A stretch of 64,000 nt of DNA from contig JBDRWW010000006.1 of NCBI GenBank assembly GCA_039802605.1, forward strand, positions 44,020 to 108,019, written 5' to 3'. A program made the translations under genes and the position numbers. Positions 18,630 through 29,500 of this stretch are shown one piece after another (position 1 is the first letter of the stretch; each line of letters opens with the position of its first letter). This DNA comes from a candidate division WOR-3 bacterium. GTDB lineage: Bacteria > Hydrothermota > Hydrothermia > LBFQ01. Under the pieces are notes generated by a model that did no database searches, had not been told where the DNA came from, and saw only the letters and a list, made by a program, of their open reading frames with translations.

Positions 18630-18797
18630 ATGGCTAAAAAGGCACAGGGTAGGCATACGGTAGGTTTGAAGTGTGGTGAATGCGGGCGTTTTAATTACGC
18701 TATAAGCAAAAACAGGGCGAACAGGAAAAAATTGGAGTTGCGCAAGTACTGCAAGTGGTGCAAAAAACATACAATCCATACGGAGGGTAAGATATGA
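18630..18797 (+). CDS. rpmG: 50S ribosomal protein L33
   Basis: MAKKAQGRHTVGLKCGECGRFNYAISKNRANRKKLELRKYCKWCKKHTIHTEGKI with a zinc-ribbon CxxC...CxxC. Start chosen at the ATG at 18630. Confidence 0.9.
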   Translation: MAKKAQGRHTVGLKCGECGRFNYAISKNRANRKKLELRKYCKWCKKHTIHTEGKI

Positions 18798-19030
18798 ATA
18801 TTGTAAAGCAAATAAAAGAAACCTTTGCAAAGTTTTTCAACATAATAATCAATTTGCCCGATTTTCTTGAAGGGATGAAAGATGAGATAAACCGTTTAAC
18901 ATGGCCTGATTGGAACAGCATAGTCGTCGGGACGGTAGGGGTAATAGCCATTTCGCTATTTACCACCGTTTTCGTGTGGATTTCGGACTTCATAATTTCC
19001 CGTATATTGATGATGATAATAGGGGGTTAG
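18794..19030 (+). CDS. secE: preprotein translocase subunit SecE
   Basis: 78 aa with EINRLTWPDWNSIV plus a single C-terminal TM. It occupies the canonical position between rpmG and nusG. Confidence 0.85.
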   Translation: MNIVKQIKETFAKFFNIIINLPDFLEGMKDEINRLTWPDWNSIVVGTVGVIAISLFTTVFVWISDFIISRILMMIIGG

Positions 19031-19032
19031 TC

Positions 19033-19944
19033 GTGACTGGGCAAAAAACCTGGCTTATATTTTGGACTAGGGGTGGAGAGGAATTAAAAACCAAGGAAAA
19101 AATAGAAAAACTTGTAAGAGATTTAAAATTGCAGGATAAAGTTGAAAAGGTGTTCGTACCCACCACTAGAACCACAAAATACAATAAAAAGAGGGTAAAA
19201 CCCAAACTTTACGATATAGTGATAAACAATTTCCCAAAAGATTTACCCTTAGAATTTCCTAAACTAATATCGGCGTATCCCTTAGGGTTTAAGGGTAAGT
19301 TGGCTGGGGGCATTGGGTACGACTACGAAGAAATTTCGAAGAACACTTATAGACTTAAGAAGTTGGACAGGAGTAGGTTATCGGATATATTTAAAAACCT
19401 GTCCGAAAGGGGATTAAAACCCGCTATATTGGGTGTTAAGGAAAAGGAAAGTGAAGAATTGATGAATAAACTATCATCTATGGGTTTCTCGGTTGAAAGG
19501 GTAAAAAGCGCGTTAAAACCCCAAGCTCATGAGATAGAAACACAGCCGATGGTGGTTGAAAAGCCCATGTACAAAGGTTATATTTTCATCTTTATGGAAG
19601 AGGATCAAGCCGTTATAGACAAAATAACCCAAATCATATCAAACACGAGGCCGATTAGGGCAACAGATCCTGCCACGGGTTTGCCCGTATATATACACGC
19701 CAGTGAGGAAGATATAAAGAAGATAGAGGAGCTGATGGCCAGGCAGGAGAGGGAAAAGAGTAGAGAGGCACCGTTTGTGAAAGGTGATAAGGTGAAAATT
19801 ACCGAAGGCACTTTGAAGGGTAGAGAGGGTGAAGTGGTTGATGTGGATCTGGATAAGGGGGTTTTGACGGTTAGGGTAAGCCTTTTTGGAAGGCCACAAG
19901 AGGTTCCGGTAAAATTTACGCAGGTTGAAAGATTAGAAGTATAA
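19033..19944 (+). CDS. nusG: transcription termination/antitermination factor NusG carrying an inserted domain
   Basis: GTG start at 19033, 7 nt after AGGGGG. An NGN N-terminus ([11 protein letters not shown]...VFVPT) and YKGYIFI flank an insert of ~125 aa. The KOW motif [24 protein letters not shown] is present. Confidence 0.9.
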   Translation: MTGQKTWLIFWTRGGEELKTKEKIEKLVRDLKLQDKVEKVFVPTTRTTKYNKKRVKPKLYDIVINNFPKDLPLEFPKLISAYPLGFKGKLAGGIGYDYEEISKNTYRLKKLDRSRLSDIFKNLSERGLKPAILGVKEKESEELMNKLSSMGFSVERVKSALKPQAHEIETQPMVVEKPMYKGYIFIFMEEDQAVIDKITQIISNTRPIRATDPATGLPVYIHASEEDIKKIEELMARQEREKSREAPFVKGDKVKITEGTLKGREGEVVDVDLDKGVLTVRVSLFGRPQEVPVKFTQVERLEV

Positions 19945-19958
19945 AAAAGGGGGAAAAT

Positions 19959-20399
19959 ATGGCCAAAAAACCTAAGAAGGAAGTGGTTGCAAGGGTAAAA
20001 CTGCAACTACCCGCGGGGCAGGCAACTCCTGCGCCACCCGTGGGTCCCACCTTGAGTCCATACGGGATAAATTTGATGCAGTTTGTTAAGGCATTTAACG
20101 ACGCCACAAGGGATAGAATGGGTTTAATCATACCCGTTGTCATAACCATTTACAAAGACAAGACATTTGATCTTGAATTTAAAACTCCCCCCGCATCGGT
20201 ACTCCTTAAAAAAGCCGCCGGTATAGAAACAGCCGCCCACAATCCCGGTAAGGAAGTGGTGGCAAAAGTTCCAAGGTCAAAGGTTATAGAAATAGCCAAA
20301 ATGAAAATGCCCGATCTGAATACTACCGACCTTGAAGCCGCGATTAGGATGATAGAGGGTACGGCCAGAAGCTGTGGAATACAAATAGTGGAGGGTTAA
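19959..20399 (+). CDS. rplK: 50S ribosomal protein L11
   Basis: 146 aa with [19 protein letters not shown] and canonical gene order. Confidence 0.95.
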   Translation: MAKKPKKEVVARVKLQLPAGQATPAPPVGPTLSPYGINLMQFVKAFNDATRDRMGLIIPVVITIYKDKTFDLEFKTPPASVLLKKAAGIETAAHNPGKEVVAKVPRSKVIEIAKMKMPDLNTTDLEAAIRMIEGTARSCGIQIVEG

Positions 20400-20400
20400 A

Positions 20401-21126
20401 ATGGCAAAAATTGGGAAAAGGTACAGGAAGCTGCTGGAACTATACGATTTGACAAAGGAATACACTTTAAGGGAGGCGTGCGAGATGGTCAGGAATTTTC
20501 AAAGCGCAAAATTTATAGAAACCGTAGAACTCCACATGAAATTAAACATAGATGTCACAAAACCCGAGCAAAACATAAGGATTCCAATAGTTTTGCCGCA
20601 TGGGACCGGGAAAACCGTTAGGGTTTTGGTTTTAACAAGCGATCCCGATAAAGAAAAAGAGGCAAAGGAAGCCGGTGCAGATTATGTAGGTTTCAAGGAG
20701 TATATAGAAAAGATTCAGAGCGGTTGGTTGGAGTTTGATGCCGTCGTTGCAACGCCCGAAGCCATGCGTGAGGTCGGGAAACTCGGAAGAATATTAGGAC
20801 CCAGGGGCCTAATGCCCAATCCCAAAACCGGAACCGTAACCACGGATATCGCACAAGTGGTTTCCGAACTCAAGAGGGGAAGGATTGAGGTCAGAAACGA
20901 CAAATCCGGTAATGTTCATGTACCCATCGGCAAGACCGATTTTACACCGGAGCAACTTTACGAAAACGCTTTAACGGTATTTGAGGAAATCGTTAAACAT
21001 CGTCCCAAAGGTGTTAAAGGGCAATTCATAAAAACCTCATATCTAACCACTACAATGGGGCCTTCTATAAAGTTGAATCTCGCGGATATTATGGATACAC
21101 TTAGAAAGAGGGGGGTAATGGCATGA
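20401..21126 (+). CDS. rplA: 50S ribosomal protein L1
   Basis: 241 aa with LPHGTGK, LGPRGLMPNPKTGTVT. Confidence 0.95.
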   Translation: MAKIGKRYRKLLELYDLTKEYTLREACEMVRNFQSAKFIETVELHMKLNIDVTKPEQNIRIPIVLPHGTGKTVRVLVLTSDPDKEKEAKEAGADYVGFKEYIEKIQSGWLEFDAVVATPEAMREVGKLGRILGPRGLMPNPKTGTVTTDIAQVVSELKRGRIEVRNDKSGNVHVPIGKTDFTPEQLYENALTVFEEIVKHRPKGVKGQFIKTSYLTTTMGPSIKLNLADIMDTLRKRGVMA

Positions 21127-21647
21127 AAACGAGGAAAGAAAAGGAAAAAATGCTAAAAGAATTAAAAGAAATAGCAGAAAAGGCAAAGGTTATAACCCTT
21201 TTTGACTTCAAGGGTTTAACCGTTCCCGAGATGAATGACCTAAGAAAGCGGATGAAGGAAAAGGGTTATGGTGTTAAGGTTATAAAAAACAATCTTTTAA
21301 GGATAGCCCTTGAAAACAGGGTACCTGAGATAAAGGATGTACTCGTTGGGAATACGGCAATAATATTTTCCTTCGGTGATGAGGTTGAACCCATAAAAAT
21401 ATTTGCGGAATTTTCCGAGGAAGTTGGCAAGGGTGAGGTTAAAGGAGGGGTACTTTACGGAAGGTTTATAAGTAAGGATGAGGTTATAAGGTTATCAAAA
21501 TTGCCCTCAACATCGGAGTTAAGGGCTAAGGTGGTGGGTGGATTGATGGCCCCAATTTATGGCTTGGTTTGGGGCCTTAACGGTCTAATGGCAGGTTTGG
21601 TTTACGCTTTAAATGCAATTAAAGAAAAGAAAGAAAAGGAGGTATAA
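21123..21647 (+). CDS. rplJ: 50S ribosomal protein L10
   Basis: 174 aa. Position and sequence ([18 protein letters not shown]) fit L10. Confidence 0.93.
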   Translation: MKTRKEKEKMLKELKEIAEKAKVITLFDFKGLTVPEMNDLRKRMKEKGYGVKVIKNNLLRIALENRVPEIKDVLVGNTAIIFSFGDEVEPIKIFAEFSEEVGKGEVKGGVLYGRFISKDEVIRLSKLPSTSELRAKVVGGLMAPIYGLVWGLNGLMAGLVYALNAIKEKKEKEV

Positions 21648-21649
21648 AT

Positions 21650-22036
21650 ATGACGGAGAAGAGGCTTTCCGTTGAAGAGATAGTTTCTGCAATAGAAAAT
21701 TTGACGGTTTTGGAGTTGGCCCAGTTGGTAAAGGCCTTGGAGGAAAAGTTTGGCGTTAGCGCCGCTGCACCGGTTGTTGCCGCACCGGTTGCAGGGGCTG
21801 CCCCCGCGGTCGAACAGGCCGAGGAAAAAACTTCCTTTGATGTGGTGTTGGTTGAAGCCTCCAATAAAATACAAGCCTTAAAGGTCGTTCGTGAAATAAC
21901 AGGCTTGGGGCTTAAAGAGGCAAAGGATATAATTGAATCCCTTCCTAAGACCATAAAAGAGGGGGTTTCTAAGGAGGAGGCGGAAGAAATTAAAAAGAAA
22001 CTTGAAGCCGCGGGTGCTAAGGTTGAGATTAAATAA
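21650..22036 (+). CDS. rplL: 50S ribosomal protein L7/L12
   Basis: 128 aa with an Ala/Pro-rich hinge and [17 protein letters not shown]. Confidence 0.95.
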   Translation: MTEKRLSVEEIVSAIENLTVLELAQLVKALEEKFGVSAAAPVVAAPVAGAAPAVEQAEEKTSFDVVLVEASNKIQALKVVREITGLGLKEAKDIIESLPKTIKEGVSKEEAEEIKKKLEAAGAKVEIK

Positions 22037-22055
22037 TTCCGTCGCGGAAAGTGTA

Positions 22056-22082
22056 GGGGAGGGGGATTCCCCCTTCCTTTTT
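22056..22082 (+). terminator. rplL-rpoB intergenic hairpin (attenuator/terminator)
   Basis: GGGGAGGGGG-ATT-CCCCCTTCC stem followed by TTTTT. It sits between the rplL stop (22036) and the rpoB SD AGGAGG (22093-22098). This is analogous in position to the partial attenuator known in E. coli. Confidence 0.7.
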
Positions 22083-22107
22083 AACATTAAATAGGAGGTG
22101 TTTTGTT

Positions 22108-25100
22108 ATGAAAGTGGTTAGAGTGGGAAAAGTTGAAGAAAAGTTTTTGCCAAACCTTTTGGAATTGCAAATAGCCTCATACGATGATTTTTTGGGTAAA
22201 AGGTTTAACATTTTCTGGTCGTATGTGGGTAGGGTTGATCTCTTAGAGGGCTTTTTGCGTTCCCTTTCCGAGAATTATACACTCGGTATAAAAGTTTTTA
22301 GGGGAACGGTTCAGGAAAGGGCTAAAAATGCCGAAGAGATTTTAAGTTTATTAAGGAAGGAGGTTAATCCAAACGCGAATAAGGAAGAAATCCCCAGACC
22401 AAATTCCTATTACATCATAATTCCGAAGGGGAAGTATTCGCAGGCGGTAATTAAAAGGTTGTTTGAAATTGCAAACGATTATAACGCATCTTTGGGAATT
22501 ATAGGTGTATCCACAAAAACAAGGGATGAAATGCTCGGTTTATCCAACGAAAGGGGATTTGTTGTAAATGTTGAGAATTCTTTCTTTGACCATTCCGAAC
22601 CACGATCCACTATGAGTTTGAATCAAATATTTAAGGAAATGTTCCCCCTTCAAAGTACGGATGGAAGGGTTGAGATAGAATATTTGGATTATAGGGTGGG
22701 GGATCCCACATCAACACCCGAGGACGCCAAGAAAAGGGACTTAACATATTCCGTGCCGGTTCATATAAGGGTGTTTGAAAGGTTGTTTGATGAGGAGGGT
22801 AGGTTAGAAGAGGAAAGGTTGGATGTTGTGTATTTCACCGATATGCCCTATATGACCCCCAGGGGAACATTTGTAATCAAGGGGGTTGAGAGGGTTGTAA
22901 TAAACCAAATACATAGGGCTCCTGGTGTGTATTTTGTTATTGAGGAGGAGGGGTTAAACAAAATCTTTAAAGCTATGATAATCCCTTACAGGGGTCCTTG
23001 GATGGAGTTAAGGATAGAGGGGGAGAAAGGTATTTACTTTTTCCTAAGGAAGAGAAAGTTCTATCTTACGAGGTTTTTACGGTTCTTGGGGTTTGAAGGT
23101 TTTAGGGATATTGTAAATGTTGCCCTGGGACACCTTATACAGGAAAAATCGCTAAGTGAGGCCGAAGGGTATTACTTAGCGGAAGATATAATGGATGAAG
23201 ATGGGGAAGTTATCATACCTATGATAAACGACAGGGGAGAACCCAAGGAAATAGACGAAAAGATCATTAAAAAATTGAAGAAATCAAAGAGAACAAAGGT
23301 TAAGGTTTTGGATCCTAGGGACCCGGCCGTTAACATAATCTTAAAAACCCTGAAGGATGATAAGATGAGGAGTAGGGATGAAGCCATAAGGTTCATATAT
23401 AGGGCTATAAGGTTTGCTTCCGCAACAATTGAAAACGCCGAAGAGTTCCTGAGGCTTTACTTCTTCTCACCCGACCGCACATACTTGGGTAAAGTTGGAA
23501 GGTATAAGATAAATACGAGATTGTATGAGAATGTAGTAAAGTATTTGAAGGATTTGGAAGGGTTTTCGGTTCCAAAACCGGATGTTGAAAGTTTAACCGA
23601 GTTGGATTTCATAGTCGCCCTTAGGATACTCTTGGATCTATATAGGGGTGAGGGTGAAGAGGACGACATAGATGACCTCTCACACCGTAGGATAAAGAGG
23701 GTTGGTGAACAGTTGTTTGAGTGGTGTAGAAACGAATTTATAAGAACCGCCAAGGGGATCAGGGAAAAACTAATAACCGAAAAGGAGCCTTTGAGAAATA
23801 TTGTACACCCGAAAATAGTTTCCCGTTCGGTTATAAATTTCTTTACACAAAACAGCCTTTCCCAGTTGCTTGACCAGACGAATCCTTTATCCGAATTAAC
23901 CAATAAGAGAAGGATTTCCGCGATGGGTAAAGGTGGATTGACGAAGGAGACGGCAACTTTGGAGGTTAGGGATGTTCATCCATCCCATTATGGTAGGATA
24001 TGTCCTATTGAAACACCCGAAGGACAAAACATAGGTTTGATATTATCCCCAACGGTATACGCACGGGTAAACGAACTGGGTTTTATAGAAACCCCACTTG
24101 TAAAGGTTGAAAAGGGTAAAATCACGGATAAAGTTAGATACTTTGCCCCGCATGAGGATTACAACTTAAAAATTGCACCCGCCGATATAGAAATAGATCC
24201 AAAAACCAAGAGTATAAAAAAGGCAACAAATATAATTGTTAGGCACAAGAGGAGCTATATGTTTGCCAATAGGGAAGAAATTGACTACATAGATTTATCG
24301 CCGAGACAGATAATATCACCTTCAACATCTCTAATACCCTTCTTGGAATACGACGATGCCAACAGGGCGCTAATGGGTTCAAACATGCAAAGGCAGGCGG
24401 TACCCCTCTTGGATCCCGAATCCCCCAATGTGGGAACTGGTATGGAGGAAAAGATAGCAGCGGATACCGGTTCTGTTATATTCGCCGAGGAGGACGGCGA
24501 AGTTGTATATGTGGATTATTCAAAGATAATAATCCGTCCCGAAGGGAGTATATTTAACCTTAAAACTTATAACTTGCGTGTGTTTGAGAGATCTGGGCAG
24601 AATACCATAATACACTATGTGCCTAAGGTTAAGAAAGGTCAAAAGGTTAAGAAAGGTGATATATTGGCGGAAAACTTGGCATCCGTAGGGGGAGAAATTT
24701 CCCTAGGGAGAAATTTAACGGTTGCTTTTGTTCCTTGGTACGGTTATAACTTTGAGGATGCCATTGTTATTTCCGACAGGCTTGTTAAAGAGGATAAGCT
24801 TACATCGTTGCATATATTGGAATTCACCTGCGAGGTTATGGATACGAAGTTGGGTCCAGAAGTCGTTACAAGGGAACCGTACAAAGAGCATGAGGGAAAC
24901 CTCCGCCATTTGGATCAATACGGAATAGCCAGAATAGGTGTTAAGGTGGGTCCAGGTGATATATTGGTTGGTAAGAATACTCCCCGTGAGGATAGAAAGT
25001 TCAGCGAGTTGTCTCCCGAGGAAAAGCTGTTAATATCTATATTCGGTGAGAAATCCAAGCCCTGGAAGAATACATCTTTAAGGGTACCTCCGGCGGTACA

Positions 25101-26529
25101 CGGGATAGTGATAGGTGTTGAAGTGTTAACCAGGTATATTTCCGATGATCCCTTAGCTTACGGTATGCCCGGCCCTGGAAACGAATTTATCCCAGGAGAA
25201 CTGTATGTGGATCCCGAAGTCAGACCCGATTCGCCGCCGGATCCTTCAAGACCCATAGGTAGAAGGCAGAAAAAACTCTTAAACGAGATAAACCTAAAAA
25301 TACAAAACCTCCGCGATACTTTAAGGGAAACATTGCAAAACATGTTAGCCGGAAAGACGGTTAAAAAACCCCTGTATGTTAGAAAGGGCGATAAACGACA
25401 AAAAGTCCTTGAAAAGGGTGAGGTTATAACCACGGAAACGATTAAAGAGATAGACCCATTGAAGCTCGTAATAGAGGATGGAACATTTGGTGATAAAAAC
25501 TTGGAAAACGAGGTTGAGAGGATCCTAAGGGATGGAATGGAAAGTTATGAAAGCCTTATTCAGGAGTACGAAGAGGGTTTGGAGGCCATAAGGAGGGGGG
25601 ATGAGCTCCCGGCGGGTATCAGACAGGTTATAAAGGTTTATGTGGCGCAAAAGAGGAAAATTAGGGTTGGGGATAAACTTGCAGGTAGGCATGGTAATAA
25701 GGGTGTGGTTTCCATAATAGCACCCGAAGCCGATATGCCCTTTATGGAAGACGGTACTCCTGTGGATGTCGTGCTAAACCCCTTAGGCGTACCTTCCCGT
25801 ATGAACATAGGTCAGATATTGGAAACACTTTTGGGGTATGCCGCCGTTAAAAATACCGAAAAACTAAGGGATATGCTGAAAAGGAAAGAATCACCCGCAA
25901 AAATAAGGGAATTCCTGTTAGAACTTTATAAACCCCACAAAGATGAGAGCCTTAAGGAATGGTTAAAGGATGCCTCTTATGACGATATACTTTACTTCGC
26001 CCAAGAACTCGCCGAGAAGGGCATAAAGTATGCTTGTCCCGCTTTCCAAAGCTTAAAGGTTGAAGAGGTTAAGGAACAATTGAAGCTCGCAGGGTTGCCG
26101 GAAGACGGTAAAATGAGGCTTAGGGATGGTAGGACGGGTGAATACTTTGATTATCCCGTAACGGTTGGAAATATGTATATTATGAAGTTAATCCATATGG
26201 TTGAGGACAAGATACACGCCCGTTCCGTTGGTCCTTATTCATTGATCACCCAGCAACCCGTAGGTGGTAGGTCTCATATGGGAGGTCAGAGGTTTGGGGA
26301 AATGGAGGTATGGGCCTTAGAGGCGCATGGGGCGGCATACTCCCTGTGGGAGATGCTAACCATAAAATCCGACGATGTTAGGGGAAGGATAAAGACATAC
26401 AAAGCCTTACGAGAGGGAACCGAGCCACCCTTACCATCAACACCCGCTACTTTTCAGGTTTTAACCAAGTTTTTAAGGGCTTTGGGTATTAACTTAGAAA
26501 TTAAAAGGGGAGACGGAAAAAGGGGGTAA
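22108..26529 (+). CDS. rpoB: DNA-directed RNA polymerase subunit beta (with large N-terminal insertion)
   Basis: 1473 aa with conserved blocks LLELQIASYDDFL, GKGGLT, RDVHPSHYGRICPIETPEG, NMQRQAVPL, GDKLAGRHGNKGV and SHMGGQRFGEMEVWALE. Confidence 0.97.
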   Translation: MKVVRVGKVEEKFLPNLLELQIASYDDFLGKRFNIFWSYVGRVDLLEGFLRSLSENYTLGIKVFRGTVQERAKNAEEILSLLRKEVNPNANKEEIPRPNSYYIIIPKGKYSQAVIKRLFEIANDYNASLGIIGVSTKTRDEMLGLSNERGFVVNVENSFFDHSEPRSTMSLNQIFKEMFPLQSTDGRVEIEYLDYRVGDPTSTPEDAKKRDLTYSVPVHIRVFERLFDEEGRLEEERLDVVYFTDMPYMTPRGTFVIKGVERVVINQIHRAPGVYFVIEEEGLNKIFKAMIIPYRGPWMELRIEGEKGIYFFLRKRKFYLTRFLRFLGFEGFRDIVNVALGHLIQEKSLSEAEGYYLAEDIMDEDGEVIIPMINDRGEPKEIDEKIIKKLKKSKRTKVKVLDPRDPAVNIILKTLKDDKMRSRDEAIRFIYRAIRFASATIENAEEFLRLYFFSPDRTYLGKVGRYKINTRLYENVVKYLKDLEGFSVPKPDVESLTELDFIVALRILLDLYRGEGEEDDIDDLSHRRIKRVGEQLFEWCRNEFIRTAKGIREKLITEKEPLRNIVHPKIVSRSVINFFTQNSLSQLLDQTNPLSELTNKRRISAMGKGGLTKETATLEVRDVHPSHYGRICPIETPEGQNIGLILSPTVYARVNELGFIETPLVKVEKGKITDKVRYFAPHEDYNLKIAPADIEIDPKTKSIKKATNIIVRHKRSYMFANREEIDYIDLSPRQIISPSTSLIPFLEYDDANRALMGSNMQRQAVPLLDPESPNVGTGMEEKIAADTGSVIFAEEDGEVVYVDYSKIIIRPEGSIFNLKTYNLRVFERSGQNTIIHYVPKVKKGQKVKKGDILAENLASVGGEISLGRNLTVAFVPWYGYNFEDAIVISDRLVKEDKLTSLHILEFTCEVMDTKLGPEVVTREPYKEHEGNLRHLDQYGIARIGVKVGPGDILVGKNTPREDRKFSELSPEEKLLISIFGEKSKPWKNTSLRVPPAVHGIVIGVEVLTRYISDDPLAYGMPGPGNEFIPGELYVDPEVRPDSPPDPSRPIGRRQKKLLNEINLKIQNLRDTLRETLQNMLAGKTVKKPLYVRKGDKRQKVLEKGEVITTETIKEIDPLKLVIEDGTFGDKNLENEVERILRDGMESYESLIQEYEEGLEAIRRGDELPAGIRQVIKVYVAQKRKIRVGDKLAGRHGNKGVVSIIAPEADMPFMEDGTPVDVVLNPLGVPSRMNIGQILETLLGYAAVKNTEKLRDMLKRKESPAKIREFLLELYKPHKDESLKEWLKDASYDDILYFAQELAEKGIKYACPAFQSLKVEEVKEQLKLAGLPEDGKMRLRDGRTGEYFDYPVTVGNMYIMKLIHMVEDKIHARSVGPYSLITQQPVGGRSHMGGQRFGEMEVWALEAHGAAYSLWEMLTIKSDDVRGRIKTYKALREGTEPPLPSTPATFQVLTKFLRALGINLEIKRGDGKRG

Positions 26530-26532
26530 AAA

Positions 26533-29500
26533 ATGAATTGGAGGACGATTAAAAGGGTTATAGCATCTTTGGCCTCGCCGGAGGAGATGAAACTCTGGTC
26601 TGAGGCCGAAAGGAGGGGTAGGGAGAGGGGAGAACACGGTTTGGGTGAGGTTAAAAGCCCCGAAACCATTAACTACAAAACCTTAAAACCCGAACCTGGT
26701 GGTCTATATTGTCAAAGGATTTTCGGGCCTGTTAAGGATTACACCTGTGCTTGTGGGAAGTTTTCGGATAAGAGGTATGAGGGTATAATTTGCGATGTTT
26801 GTGGTGTTGAGGTTACGAGATCCGATGTTAGAAGGGAAAGGATGGGATATATATCCCTCAACACACCGGTTGTACACCCCTGGTTTTACAAGATGCCCCC
26901 TTATATCATTCCCACACTCTTAGGGATACCAAAAACGAAGTTTGAGCCCGTAATCAACTATGAGGCTTATGTTATCCTTGATGTGAAAACCGACCTGGAA
27001 TTTGTTGAGATAGATTCCCGAGACGGAAAGAAAAAGATATACCTCCGCAAGGGTGAAGTTGTATCCATAGAGGAGAGGAAAAAGATAATTGCCGCTTTGG
27101 GCCCTGAGGAGGTTGAATTCGAATGGGGTGCTGAGGCCATGGCGGTTAAATTCGGATGGGGTGCTGAGGCCATAAAGAAGCTACTGGAAGATTTAAACGA
27201 GGAGGTAGAGGATCCACAAACGAGGGAGAGGATTACGAGATTGGAAGCCTTATATAAAGAGACCAAGTTAAAACTTCAAACCACTACAAATCCGTCGGAA
27301 AGGACAAAGCTCTTAAATAGATTGAAGATTATAGAGGCCTTTATCCTATCCGGACAAAACCCCGCTTGGATGGTGTTGGAGGTTATACCCGTCTTACCCC
27401 CTGATCTAAGGCCGATTTTGACCTTAGGTGGTGGTAAGTTTGCAAACACGGATTTAACGGATCTTTATAGGGATGTAATAAGGAGGAATAACAGGTTAAA
27501 GCAGATATACGAAAAGGGTGCGTTTGAACTGATGGTTATAAACGAAAAGAGGCAGATAAAGCATGCCGTTGAAGCCCTGATAGACAACTCCCGTTTGAGA
27601 AGGCCTTCTATGAACAGGAGCGGTCAGAGGAGGAAATCTCTTACGGATTATTTGAGGGGTAAGAAGGGGTTGTTGAGGAGGAATCTACTCGGCAAGAGGG
27701 TTGATTATTCCGGTAGGTCGGTAATAGTTGTAGGTCCCCATTTAAAACTCCACCAGGTTGGAATACCGAAGGATATGGCCCTTGAACTGTTTAGACCCAT
27801 GATTGAGAAGAAACTTGAAGAATCCGGCATTGCATATACCACATCCGAAAAGCGGTTGTTCATAAAACGGCAAAAACACGAGACCATAGAAATACTCCTT
27901 GATATTACAAGGCGCCATCCTGTTTTGTTAAACAGGGCTCCCACATTGCACAGGGTTTCAATTCAGGCCTTTGAACCCGTTATAAACGAAACATACGCCA
28001 TTCAAATACACCCTTTGGTTTGTGCAGCATACAATGCCGACTTTGATGGGGATCAGATGGGCGTTTTTGTACCCATAAGTCCCGAGGCCATAGCAGAAGC
28101 ATACGCTTTAATGTTGGCCCCCCACAATATTCTATCGCCGGCGCATGGGAATCCCTTGGCTACGGCCTCTCAGGATATGGTGATAGGTATAAACTATATA
28201 ACAAAGATGAGGTCTGGGGAGGTTAAGGGATCATATTCTGGGTACTATGAAGCCATACATGCCTTTGAGAATGGGCTTGTAAAGATAAACGATCCTGTGG
28301 AGGTATTGTTGCCCGTTGAAGGAAACCCCTTTGATCCAAATAACTCCAAGGTAAAGCCCGTACAAACGACGGTTGGTAGGATAATCTTTGCATCAATAAT
28401 ACCCTCTGAGATGTGGGGGGATGGATTTACATTTCTTTCGGTGAATAAGGAATTTAAGAAGAAGGATATATCAAATCTTGTAAAGGAGATCCACAGGAAG
28501 CTTGGGACATGGAAGACGGCGGAATTTCTTGACAATATGAAGGAACTCGGTTTCAAGTGGGCTACATGGTCGGGCTTAACCTTCGGCATAGATGACATAA
28601 TAATCCCCAAAGAAAAGCAAAAGATAATAGAAGATGCCTTTAAAGAGATAGACAAAGTTGAAAGGCAGTTTACGCATGGTAGGATAACGGGTGCCGAAAG
28701 GAGGCAGAGGATATTTGATATATGGACTAAGGTGACGGAAGAGGTGACAAAAAAGATGATAGAGGCGATGGAAAAGGATAAAGACGGTTTTAACCCGATA
28801 TACCTTATGGTCTTCTCCGGGGCTAGGGGTAATATAGATCAGACGAGGCAGTTGGGGGCGATGAGGGGGCTTATGACGAAACCCTCAAAGAAGGGTCAAG
28901 CCGGGGAAATAGTTGATACGCCGGTTCTTTCGGCTTTGAAGGAGGGGCTTTCATCCATAGAGTTCTTCATATCTTCCCACGGGGCGAGGAAGGGGTTGTC
29001 GGATGTGGCCATGAAAACCGCCGATGCCGGTTATCTAACCAGGAGGCTTGTGGATGCCGCCCAAGAGGTTGTTGTTACTATGGATGATTGTGGGGCTATA
29101 AAGGGTAGGGCTGTTAGGGCGTTAAAGGAGGGGGAGACGGTCATAAGGAGGTTGAGCGAAAGGATAGTTGGGAGGTATGCCCTTGACGATATATACGATC
29201 CGGAAAGTGGGGATGTTATAGTTGAGGCTGGGGAAGAGATAACGGAAGAGAAGGCCAAGATAATAGAGGAGAAGGGGATAGAAGAGGTTGAGATTAGGTC
29301 TGTGCTGTATTGTGAGGCGCCTTATGGTGTATGCCGGAAGTGTTATGGGAGGAATTTGGCTACGGGCAAACCCGTTGATATAGGTGAGGCCGTTGGGATA
29401 ATAGCGGCGCAATCCATTGGAGAGCCCGGAACACAATTAACCCTTAGGACCAAACATACCGGGGGTGCTGCCGAAAGGATAGTAGAGGAACCGATACACA

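Noticed and set aside
18910-19032. Upstream extension of the nusG ORF (ATG 18910) overlapping most of secE
   Set aside because: The extension is out of character (MEQHSRRDGRGNSHF...) and overlaps secE by about 120 nt. GTG 19033, preceded by AGGGGG, gives a canonical NusG N-terminus.
25135-25670. Second large extra segment in RpoB before GDKLAGRHGNKGV
   Set aside because: It lies where many bacteria, including E. coli (the dispensable region before the GDKMAGRHGNKG block), already carry variable insertions. It was not considered unusual without an alignment.
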